This document shows positions 38,309 to 49,900 of a stretch of DNA of 64,000 nt, piece by piece; the stretch's first letter is position 1; every line of letters begins with the position of its first letter. The notes beneath the pieces are model-generated. The model made no database searches and was not told the DNA's origin. It saw only the letters and a list, made by a program, of their open reading frames with translations. Where the stretch lies: the NCBI RefSeq assembly GCF_902652985.1, contig NC_047018.1:29574001-29638000 (forward strand), read 5' to 3'. Source of the DNA: Pecten maximus (Eukaryota). A program made the position numbers and the translations under genes.

Positions 38309-41300
38309 ACTATTAACTACCTTTCTAATAACAAGCAATACAGATAGTCTACAACCTAACATACAAAGGCATAAATGTGTTGTGGGAACAGAAAGATGAA
38401 AGAATTTCGATACATGCAGCAGTATAGAGAGAGCGAGTTAGACAAATGCCTATAAGGTACGAGATCCAAAAATCGATCGCGTCATTTAAAACAAATAGTT
38501 ACCAGAATAACCGCATTATAATTGAATGTTAACACAACATAGAAAGGGGTATGAAATTAGATTTTTAGCTTCAATGTGTTTATAGAAAGAGATGAATGCT
38601 TGGTACGAGATAAATACAATATTCGGACGACAACAATTAGTTTTATTGGTACATGCAATGCACCATATTTGACAAAAAATACATATATTTAATTATGCTG
38701 CGAAAGCAATTTTCATCCCTGATCCCATCGTGAAAGTCACAACGCGTTTTTGAACTTTGAGATGAATCCTTATAAGCTTAAGAATAGCGTATGTTTGTAT
38801 GGTTCAAACTTCTCTTATGATACATTTTTAACATCACATGAAATTGGGGAAGACCTCAAGCACAAAGTAATAATGAATTCAGACAATTTGAAATGACTAG
38901 ACTTGTTTAAAACCACTGGGATTATAAAACGTCACGTTTCGTTAAATTAGAACTGACTATCCTAGCACGGCGGCTCGCGTTCTTATGACCGAGAATGAAA
39001 AATTAACCGAAGGACCCAACCTCTTCATCACCTTCTATTGACAGGGCAAGAACATCGTCTTTTTGAGAATTCAATACATGTTTTCATAAGTTCGATGGGC
39101 GGTCGTTCTCTGAATGTACATTATTATAGCTACGTCCTGCTGTCTTATGTTTCTGTATTGAGTTGAAGATCTACTAATCTATCCGTCGTACAGGCTTTTG
39201 TAGCCGACTCCGGATCACTGAACTCAGGACTGTTCATATTTGTGACTGTGTATATTTATGTGTTTGTATATGTTAAGATGTTAAATGATCTGCCCTAATA
39301 CATACATATATAGATATATCAGTATCCCTCTGTATTCTAACGTCGCTTCCACTATTCTCTATGGAGAAGTCTATATTGTGGGAATGGATGGGATTGCTTG
39401 TGAAGAATGTCTTTCCTTTCCTAATGTGTGATCATTTAGCTATCTCATCTATGTTTTAGTGGTTTGTTCCTTGGTAATATTTTGATGATATGTTGTTTGC
39501 CTTATATAACGAGGATTCTACTAGTCTACTAAGATATTGAGAATTTCACGTTCTGACTGCACTGCTGAACGGAATCCCGTACTCTTGAGTGCATAAAGAA
39601 AAATATGAAAGTTCGATTCTGACCACAAATTAAGTCAAATTTCCATCTGTGGCTCGTTTTTAAAAAAGACCTTTCCATTGGTACCAAATATAACATATTT
39701 TGCTGTATATTGCCCTAACGGATACATATAATGAGCAAGGCTTTATTCACACAATGTTACACACAATCAAGCTTGTCATATTCAACAAAATATATATACA
39801 TCCACCTACCATGCAATAATCTCTTTATAACATCGTCACTGGTTGATGACGGGGATACAACAATGGTTAACTGAAAATTCAACTACACAGTCTCCATATT
39901 TGAACTGTCTGACCCTTGGTGGTACAGCGTTTCTGATTGATTGATCAGAAACATTCCGGTACCCGTACCATTCAGTGACAGACAGTCCAAACCTGGAGGA
40001 TGTGTTGTTCACTATTCAAAGACCCAAGGAAGTTTTTATAACAATGCTGCGTGAATTTATTTCCTTGGACTTTGAAATTTTAAACGCACAAGCTTTGGGT
40101 ATATTGGAAAAAGAAAGGAAAGAAAATATGTAAACTCAGAAATAATGGAATTTAAACTTTGATCGATATAATGGCCACTGTAATTGATTCACCATTATGT
40201 GACGGAGGAGATTCGATGTTGGAGGGGCTCTCCAGACTTTGGTGGCCAGAGATATATACTGATCACATGTTTGACCCTTGGTGGTCAATTTTGTACATAT
40301 ATTCTGCTGAAGACACTAGTACTTAAAATCCTACGGTTTCCGTATAGTATTGTGTGGTCTCTTTAGCAGGTTCTAAATGAAATTAAACGCTGACAGGGGT
40401 ACTCCCGGTTGACACACTGTTACAAAGTATGTGTTAAAACGGTGACTGAGATACTTCCTGCTGGCGCAATGTCATAGAACAAATGTCATTTACAATTGCT
40501 GAGATGCCCCCGGTCTGTTCATTGTCACCGGGTAAGTGTTATTCTTCTTGATACACGAAGGGTACCGGGTACGAGGAAGGAGAGTGAACTACATGTATGA
40601 TGTATCACAGCTAAAACGTAACCGTAAAACGGTGTCGGGAATGGGTTAACAGGAAGCGAAAGGAAATGAGGGGAACATCAAGTGAGCCATGTGTTATTAC
40701 GAGGCCTGGTTGATAGTTTTCCGTCTAAAGATATACCTACAATGCCTGTTGTTGACAAGGTGACATTGATACCAACTGACATTCCGTCTAAACAACCGAC
40801 ACCTGTGCCTCAAACAAGACCTAATTGTTACAGTATTTCAAGATATGCTATCTATGTTTGTTCATAAAAGGGTCTTTGGTAACAGCTGACATTCTGTCAA
40901 TTCGTTCAACGCCAACTTAAAGCCAAGGAATTTCTGAAACCAACAGTACAACCATTTATATCTACAGCTGACCATTACGGATATGATACAAAATCGCCTG
41001 AGAGGAATCTTGCCTTTAAGGAGATAAACAGCATACCCAGTGATATCCTACCGATACTATACACCACTACTGTGATACAATTTACCGGAAGTGTCATGAT
41101 CCATCGTTATTGTTATCATGACCAATCATTGACCTTACGTTTGGAATGTATAGTGCTAAGCTGCTTGTTAAGTATGGTAAAATAGTAGTTGTTGATAATA
41201 AACCGAATGCCACTATAAGCCAAGGGATAGGAACATTAGCGTTAACAGAAATATATCCATATACTGTAGTATAAGCACTGCACATGAGAAGAAATTATTT

Positions 41301-42655
41301 CTGTATAATTTTTATATTTCCTGACCATCATGACATGTATTGCTTACTCTGTCGGTGATGTATCCTTGGTATATCCGGTCACCCCATAAAATGTCATATT
41401 ATGTCTCCTTTCTACTTTCGGTTGGCAAATTACAATTACAATGAAGTGACTAAGATGATGTCGTGCCGTACCATGTCTCCCCCGCTACTTCCGGTTCGCC
41501 AATTTCAAGCACAATAACGAGACCAAGAATATGTTGTAGCATGTTTTCCCTTTTTACTTCCTGTTAGTCCATAAAGATAACCAAATTGGGAAGGTATTGT
41601 TTTGAACCATATATCCCTCGGTACTTGCGATTAGACCTTTTAGAATAACCTGACCGGGATGAAGCCATTGTGAACCGCTTTTCCCGGAGTACTTCTGGGT
41701 AGACCTTTAAGAACAGAATACCAGTTAAAGTATGCACAGAGAATACATTTGTGTTCTGAAGGAACTAATTCTATTCACTGAATGTTTAACAGACCCATTT
41801 TATTCATGTATATAATGATTAATTCAATATTTTGGTAATTAATGTAAATGATTATAAAAATACATGTATCACTTATTTTAGTAGGCAATATCAATTCCTC
41901 ACTGCAAGTGAATTCATGCCTCAAGTAGGATAGTTCCAAGGACAAGTAGTGCAGAAGATTATACCTGATCAAACAACGTGTTGGTCAGAGTGACATTGGA
42001 ACATGACTTACCCCCTCACCTCACGTATACCCTAAATATTATAATCCAGCGACTAGTAGTGTAGGACCCCAACAGTTTTTTTCTTTGACGTAATGACATA
42101 TTTTGGCACATGACACACCGCCTCACTTAGGTGAACCCACGCGGCCCCAAGTATGAAGTTCCAGTGACGAGTTATGTAGGAGATCGAGCCTAGACAAGAT
42201 CCATTGCGCGAGGACGGGCGGCCTGAAGGAGACAATGCAAAACTACATGTACATATATATTCCCCTGACTCCATGTGGGGGACTAATAACCAGACCTGAA
42301 GGAAGCCATAACAAGATCGGGAGGGAGCTATGTTCTTTTTATTTATGTGCGTTATCGATACAATCGCTACGTCTGAATAGTGGAAAACGTTCTCTGAATT
42401 GCGCCCCAGGCCGGGTCGTAGAAATTTGACGTTTCCACATAGAAAGTATCCGCTCCTAGCAGTATAAACAAACATTGTCAAAGAGAGCGAGAAGAGAGGG
42501 AACTCTTACTAAAAAATGTCTTTCATCGCAAGAATTTTATAAACGAACAACATATATATAAGCCATAGTTTTGAATTTGTGACAGTTCCTATGACTTTTA
42601 ATTTACGGTTTAAGCACATGTAACAACAAGAGGTCAAATGAGGCTATTTACGAAC

Positions 42656-42759
42656 CAATCTAATTAAAGTTAGACTTGTAATTTCTACTCCTCTACGATA
42701 CACTGCAATACAAATTATGTAGAGGAGCGGAAATCACAAGTCAAATTTTAATTAGATTG
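42656..42759. mobile_element. 104-bp MITE with about 41-bp TIRs and 9-bp TSD TTTACGAAC (Mutator-like by TSD length)
   Basis: caatctaattaaagttagacttgtaatttctactcctctac / gtagaggagcggaaatcacaagtcaaattttaattagattg; tttacgaac at 42647-42655 and 42760-42768. Confidence 0.85.
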
Positions 42760-42789
42760 TTTACGAACAAAATTTAAGCCATCGAAACA

Positions 42790-43079
42790 GATACTGTCGT
42801 CTCTTCATCAACAATACACTGACTCCGACTGGATACAAATTGTGGACAACCTGGATATTATGATAATGTTGATTATAACAATAAATATTCAATGTTGGGT
42901 TGTCAGTATCGAGTCTGACAAGTTTTTAGACGCATGTACATCTATACGATATTCAGAATAAAATTTCTCCATACTGGTATACGTAAGATATCAAAAGGCT
43001 AATACACATCTGACACCATGTTAGGTCAAGACAATATCTATAACCTGCTGCTATATATAGATAAATGTCATTGTTCTTA
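42790..43079. repeat. about 290-bp dispersed repeat homologous to about 57115-57418
   Basis: shared blocks actccgactggatac, gtcagtat.gagtctgacaa, ctaatacacatctgacacc.tgttagg.caagacaatat, tgctatatatagata.atgtcattgttctta. Confidence 0.85.
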
Positions 43080-43146
43080 GTAGTTGATTGCCTTATTGTA
43101 GCAGAAGTACAGAGTAGAAGAGTTCATTCTGTTTCTGTTCCACAGG

Positions 43147-43235
43147 TGGAGAGGTACCAAGTACGAGTATTTGTTGTCCGAGTGTTGGAGGCAAGGATGG
43201 AAGACATGAACTTTCCCTGTTGAAGTCCAACGTCG
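43147..43235 (+). mobile_element. short remnant of an R2/Hero-type retrotransposon restriction-like endonuclease region
   Basis: WRGTKYEYLLSECWRQGWKT*TFPVEVQR resembles the recalled motif KYxxLxxECxxxGWxxxxxPxEVGxRG; in-frame stop. Confidence 0.5.
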
Positions 43236-44199
43236 AATACCCACGGTGGATTGGACGACACTACGATATACAGCGTATTGTATGTAGCCTAGTCCAATCA
43301 GCCATTGGTATCCAGCGATGGTAGGGTCGGGTTTAAGGTGTTTCCTGCAAAACCAGTGTAGAGATAACTCAGTGCGCTTGACGTCACGGCACGGAAAGGA
43401 AAAGAGGGCTAAATATTAATTCTCCCCATCACTAATTCCATACAAAACTTCAAGTTTGCTAATTACATCCAATGCATTTACAAATGGCAATTACCCTCTA
43501 TTCTGTGTGAAACACACAAAACATACAGAAATTTCAATAAACTTATACCTATATAATTATATATATAGACCTATAGACAATTTTATCTACCCTAGGTGGA
43601 CTACATGTAGTAGTCCATAAATTCAGCTTCAACTTCATTCAATCTAAGTACATGTACAATAAAAGTGAAGACCCTACTTGGTACACACGCCCTCATGAAG
43701 AGTAAATCAGTTTGAGCAACTCCACTTTGCCAGTATTAATGACTGTTCAGTAACTCTTGCAACATCCTGTCTCTTAACGTCATCAATTCCTTCGAGGTGC
43801 CCTCTTATTACATTTGTTTCCAACTCCAGGATAGTCTCAAATATATACTGCAGTAACCTGAATTCGCGACCATCCAAAATATTATATTCTACTCAAATCA
43901 TTTCTCTTAAACCTTGCACATGTTCAAAGCACCCGAAGCAAGCAAACAAAATGATCATATTGTATCGTTCTGGAACACAGATAGGTATGTATTTACATAA
44001 AGATTAAATCAGCGGTCAACTCGTGTTGTCATGTAAGTGTTTCTAAATGGGTAGACCATATATACTTACTTTACCATGATTGCTCATGAGACGTCATTGC
44101 CTTCGACTAAATGGAAGTTAGGAATCTGCAAGTAAAATGGTGACAGTAAATCGTCTCTCGCAAGAAGCGATTATTTTGTAACAATTTTCCATTTATATG

Positions 44200-44589
44200 C
44201 TGTATAATTAATTTTTCTTTGTTTTCATGGTAAATACTCAAATGTGATTGGTCGAAAAATTCTTTTCATTCTTCTATGAAGGAAATTCCGAGAATGGCGC
44301 GAAAAAAGTGACGTCACAATACGACAATTGACGTTGCGTATTGATTTGAGAAAAAGAATCCCATTTAAAACCAGTAAAATTGTACATAAAACATGTTTTA
44401 AATTAGAAAATCATTTAAAAAAAATAATTATAAGCGTTGATGTCAATTATTATTTAGTTTCATCGGGATATGAAACAAATTTTGTTTGCAAACTTCAGTA
44501 AGAATCCGCTACCCGGATTCATACAGTTTGCAAACAAAATTTGTTTCATACCCCGATGAAACTAAAAAAAAAAATGACATCAATGCTTA
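44200..44589. mobile_element. non-autonomous element ending in a long hairpin (Crypton-like or foldback)
   Basis: about 70-bp inverted arms taagcgttgatgtca...tttagtttcatcgggatatgaaacaaattttgtttgcaaact / agtttgcaaacaaaatttgtttcataccccgatgaaactaaa...tgacatcaatgctta around gaatccgctacccggattc (44431-44589); left boundary approximate. Confidence 0.6.
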
Positions 44590-46059
44590 AAAAGACTGCC
44601 ACTTTCCAGACCATACAACTCACCTCCTCAAACAGTCTGTGCCCCTTTCATCCATTTTTGCTATGTTTTAAGGGAACACTGTGCCATGAGAACATATTGC
44701 AGGAATATTGTTTTGCTCAGGAACTGTTTTGATCAAAACTGGATGTTATATTTAGCACCATGGGGCACAAACCATTGGACCTGTGCTATGGCCTATTCAG
44801 AGATGCTCACCAGAGGTGTACGACTTGGTTTACTTTTTAATCCAAGATATACAGGCAAAAAACTAGGCCTAAATAAAAAGTGGTGAAATCATGTTTATGT
44901 TGTCAAATGACCTTATATTTCAAAGTTTATGATATGCTGCAAATTGTGAGCTCAAATATGTGAATAAATATCGCACAAAATACATAAAATGCAATCTTAA
45001 AAACAAAGTCAATTTGACTCAACTATATCATTATAAAGTTAGATGTCGTGAAATAAATGAGTTATTCATTCTTAATCACGAACCATTTTAGTATCCCCTG
45101 AATGACTGCTGGCACCTTAAGGGGAACAAAGGCTTACCAGTGAACTTCTATAATTACAAACCTATGACCAACCAATGTGTCAATATTTACAACCATATCC
45201 CTTCTCGTTTAGATATTTGGATTTAACAGGATAATACACTGAAAGAGCAGATGCGTCCAAAGTCTAACAATTTATATAAAACACAATTGTGGAAAGTGCT
45301 AAGGCAAGCATCTTCGTTTGAAGGCAAAAGTCATAACATTCCGCTTCTCTGTAAATGAAATTCGTAAACTCAAGACCAACCGGGTCAAAAGTACGATTTT
45401 GAGTAAATTTATACTCATATCTAAGGTGAACGTGGTGTATGGGAATCGTGTTTCAAAATCTCGCGAGTTTCTTTAATCACAAGAAGTCGCCTACATTTAC
45501 TACGGGTGAAGTATCATAGTACAGGCTGACAGAACAGAGTACCATTACCGTGCTGACGGTTACTGGTGTATGGACGTGGATAATGACTAAACTCGTCACA
45601 TCGATTAGTACATCGTGAAACAATTCACCATACATTCAGCTTCACCCAAAGTGCCAGTGATTTGTTGATTTGAAGGTGGAAATTTAGTCAATTAATGAAT
45701 TTTATCAGCAAAGTACCGAAAATATACCACGTGTGATGGAAGTTTACATGACCGATAATATAAAATATAAAACTGAACTTATTGATAAATACAGAAATTT
45801 CTGTTACATTTCCGCTTCAGTTGATCACGTTGTTTGTAAAGAACACTAAAATATATGTGTCTGTTTCAATGAGGATTTATTATTCAGTGTCGTCAAGGAA
45901 ACATTTTGCCAATATTTTTTTCGTGAATTGTCCACAAGGATGTTTTTTTTAACGCAATAGAAAATCAACTTCAGACACTTTAGGGAACTTGCTTCTTCTT
46001 CCGCTCGAAAAATTAATTAACCGATTGATTGATTGATCGCAATTATTGCCGCTTTAAGT

Positions 46060-46107
46060 TGTTTCGGAATGGAGAGACTTTTATCTGCCGGAAATGAGAA
46101 CGGGATA
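46060..46107. repeat. 48-bp dispersed repeat, copy 2
   Basis: tgtttcggaatggagagacttttatctgccggaaatgagaacgggata. Confidence 0.9.
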
Positions 46108-46963
46108 GACATCTTAACAAGCCATTCAAGTAGTCTATAACTTTACCGACAAATCGTAAAGCATATCCATCGTGGGCCTGGGTATAGTCAAAGCTTCTTC
46201 GAAAGAAATCGAGGACGAATTCAAGTAACGTAAACTAAACTTGAAACTGTCGGGGTTAATCAAACATCGCATGTCGTTTTTTATTGGATCTGAATATGTT
46301 TGCACGACTGGTTCGTGAAGCGCGTGTTCATCATCCCGGAAGTTTGTTCTTTTCAACTAAATTGTTTGTGCAATTGTAGTCTGCACGTACTGTTGCTGAC
46401 GAACGAAGAATTACGAGAAGGAAAAGAGAGGACACATTGAGGGTAAGGTGTATATGTACCAACCACACGTGAACAAATCCACATGTTGTCCCATTTCTTC
46501 AGATAGCAACACTGTGTGTGGGTTTAGGTCTTATCCTTGACTGTTTTGGTTTTTTTACATTGTAAACACTGACCCATATTACTGGGCCTGTGCTGGTTAG
46601 CTCTTCCCTGCATTTTTATTGTGTAGTATATCTGTTATTGGTTTTTCCTTTGCCAATCAGGTCAATTGGTATATCGATATTTGGAATAGTCTAAAAATAC
46701 GTTATATTATATACCTATGTTTTACAATACCATACTAACTGGGGATGACAAGAGTTCGTATTGACCGACGATCACGGAAGCGCTTTGTCTGTTATCATAG
46801 TCACAATTCTATTTAATTCGTCTTTGAGATCACAGAGTCCATAAAAATCACGTGATTCCGTGATACGGAACCAGACACGTATTTCACAGGTCATCGCGAG
46901 ACAATAAGCTTATCTGAGTCTAATGCCAAAGTAGTCATCTAGCAATCCCAGAACGGCCGCGCC

Positions 46964-46997
46964 ATGATTGTTTGGTTTGTAGTTACACTTTTGCTGG
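46964..46997 (+). CDS. lipase B exon 1 (signal peptide)
   Basis: gccATG ATT GTT TGG TTT GTA GTT ACA CTT TTG CTG G|gtaagt; good Kozak context. Confidence 0.82.
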
Positions 46998-49900
46998 GTA
47001 AGTTATCTGAATTAGTTTCTTTTAATAGCAACCCATCCCTGTAATGAATGTATTTGATGGCTGATTGAACTTGGAACATTTTATCCATTGAATCACCGGT
47101 TTTTTTTACGCTCGTTGGATTATCCTCTAGTCCGTTTTAAAACTTCAATGCACATGTTGTCAGAAAACTATCATTTTGTCAATACTGTATTCATAATTTG
47201 GTTATCATATTTAACCTACAAATAATCAAATTTGACGTATTTTTGTCTGATAAAAGAAAATGTTCTTTTGGTCACCATCTCACGTTTTTTTCTTGTATAG
47301 CGAGTGACCACTTACACGGGGCGGCCACATCAAGTCAAACCAGTCCAGGAGTTGTTACAAATGTAACAACTACCCAGGCTCCCTCTAACGCCAATAAAAC
47401 AGTTTGCTACCAGTTCGTTGGTTGTTTCGACAATTTCGCCCCATTTGACAATGCAAACCTCGACCTTCCCCGATCCCCCGAAGCGATTGGTACCAAAATG
47501 CTCCTGTTTACACCGGAAGGCGGTTCTCGGGCGGAAATACTCGACTATACTAACGTTAACACGGTATTGAACTCGCGCTACAAACCTACGCGGAAAACTA
47601 AGTTCATCATCCATGGCTTTACCAATAACATCAATACTACTTGGATGTATACCATGAAGGACGAGTTACTTAAAACAGTATGTATTATACTAGTTTGTTT
47701 ACTGTATAAAGACAGGGAAAAAAGACAGAAACTTCTCCCACCACTCACTGATTTGTCTCATTTTAAAATTTATCCGTCAACTCCCAATTTATGACAGATT
47801 ACATTGCAGGTGACCTTCTGAACCGATAGTGAGTGAAGTCAGAATACATATGTAAAATATACGTCTACACGAGATCCTCCTAAACATCCTAGTATAATTC
47901 TACATAATGTATAAAAGAAAGAATTGTTTGGCCTGTATTCCTATATGGGAGAGGCCGACATGTTTTTACTGGTGGACGTGATAGAGTATTATGAACATGA
48001 TATTTTTGTATGTTTTAACAGGAGCCGATGAACGTAATATTTGTGTATATTTTACAGGAGCCGATGAACGTGATAGTGGTAGCGTGGGGACCAGGAGCGA
48101 CATTTCCAGACTATTTCCAGGCAGTGGCCAACACTCGCATGGTAGGCACGCAGATGCGACTCATGATTGACCAGATGGTTCTGACTGGCGCCAAACTGAG
48201 CGACTTCCATCTGATTGGCCATAGTCTTGGGGCTCACACAAGCGGTTACACGGGTTACCTCCTGCACGGGAAAATAGGGCGTATTTCAGGTAAAAGCTAA
48301 GAAAGTAGGGCGCGTCTCTGGCAAATAAGTCAAATATCAGGAAAAATGATTCGGTAATAATCATAACAGGATGTGTTAACCCTGGAAGGGATTAGAGTTT
48401 GTATGTTTAGTTCCTGTTTTCTATTTTGTACTTTGTCGTTACATCAAAACGTTCTGCAAATTTGTTGGATGTCCCGATCAGTTGCATATACAAATTATGT
48501 AAAAAAAATTGTCGTCCTTCGTCATTTGTGATACTATGTTATACATACATCTTCTATATACATTTAGGTTGTGATGCTGCCGAGCCGGACTTCGAAAACC
48601 ACCCTCAAATGATCCGTCTTGACGAAAGCGACGCCATGTTTGTTGACGTAATCCATACGAATGGGGCGCCTATTTCTTCCGGCGGAGCAGGTCTAATGCA
48701 ACAAAGTGGCCACGTTGACTTTTACGCCAATGGCGGAGAGACACAACCAGGATGTCCCGGTCAAATTTCGGGAATATTCGGCCAGATTTTCAGCGGGAAA
48801 TTCGATCGTAAGTGTACAAATGGCGCTTTTTAAATAGACGATGATATATGATTTATGGTATCTTACAATGCTTGATGATTTACATGTTTGACACTTAGGT
48901 ATGTCCGAGAGCAATCCTACTAGAACATAAGAAAGGAAGATACATTCTGAAGACATAAATCGTCTTACAAATTCATTTTTATTGACATTTCACAGCGGTG
49001 TCACTATGCATACCAATCAAATTAATACCACTTTGACTGAAATGAAGGTATTTGTTACCTAGCTGACAACATTCTATGTATTCGCCAACAGAATTGTATT
49101 CATACCGACCGTATACTAACTATATATAGCTAGCCACTAAAAACAGCTAAAGATTCGTGTCTTATATCCCTCCAATGCAGTGGGCATTCATATCGTCGAT
49201 AACTCGGAAAACATTTTGATTCTGAAATGGCGTTCAAAATCAAGATCAAAATTATATCATTCTTGAGTCTATGGGCCCCCTTATCTCGATTCAGAAATGG
49301 TTCGCTAGGTTGAAAACGTGTGGTTAATTATTCCTCGCAATTTAATGTCGTGCCCTTTTATGACTTACTTTTAAATTAAGTTTAAAGACCACATCAATTC
49401 AGAAATGTGTTTGTAGTGTACCTGTAATCTTCAATTGTAAAAATGAAAAAAAAAATTAATAATTGATAAATATGTCGAAAACTAGCTAGACTTCCTCGTA
49501 ATACAAGCATACCAATACAATGTGTGTAAACATGTAAAAAGTGTAAATAAGTACTGGAGTGTATACGATACAGGGAGTGTATAAGGTATGGGGACTGTAT
49601 ACATACGGGGAATGTATATATACGAGGAGTGTTTACGATACGGGGAATGTATAAGGTGTGGGGGCTGTATAGATACGGGGAATATATATACGAGGAGTGT
49701 ATACGATACAGGGAATGTATAAGGTGTGGGGACTGTATAGATACGGGGAATGTATAAGGTGTGGGGACTGTATAGATACGGGGAATATATATATACGAGG
49801 AGTGTTTACGATACAGGGAATGTATAAGGTGTGGTGACTGTATAGATGCGGGGAATATATATACATGAGGAGTGTATATAGTACGGAGAATGTATACGAT

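Noticed and set aside
44668-45120. Possible TTAA-flanked Kolobok/piggyBac element
   Set aside because: The two ends do not form matching TIRs
38300-46900. Short intergenic ORFs (e.g. 42053-42481, 46135-46356) and antisense ORFs over exons elsewhere
   Set aside because: No recognisable motifs or consistent splice structure; expected by chance or as shadows of real exons
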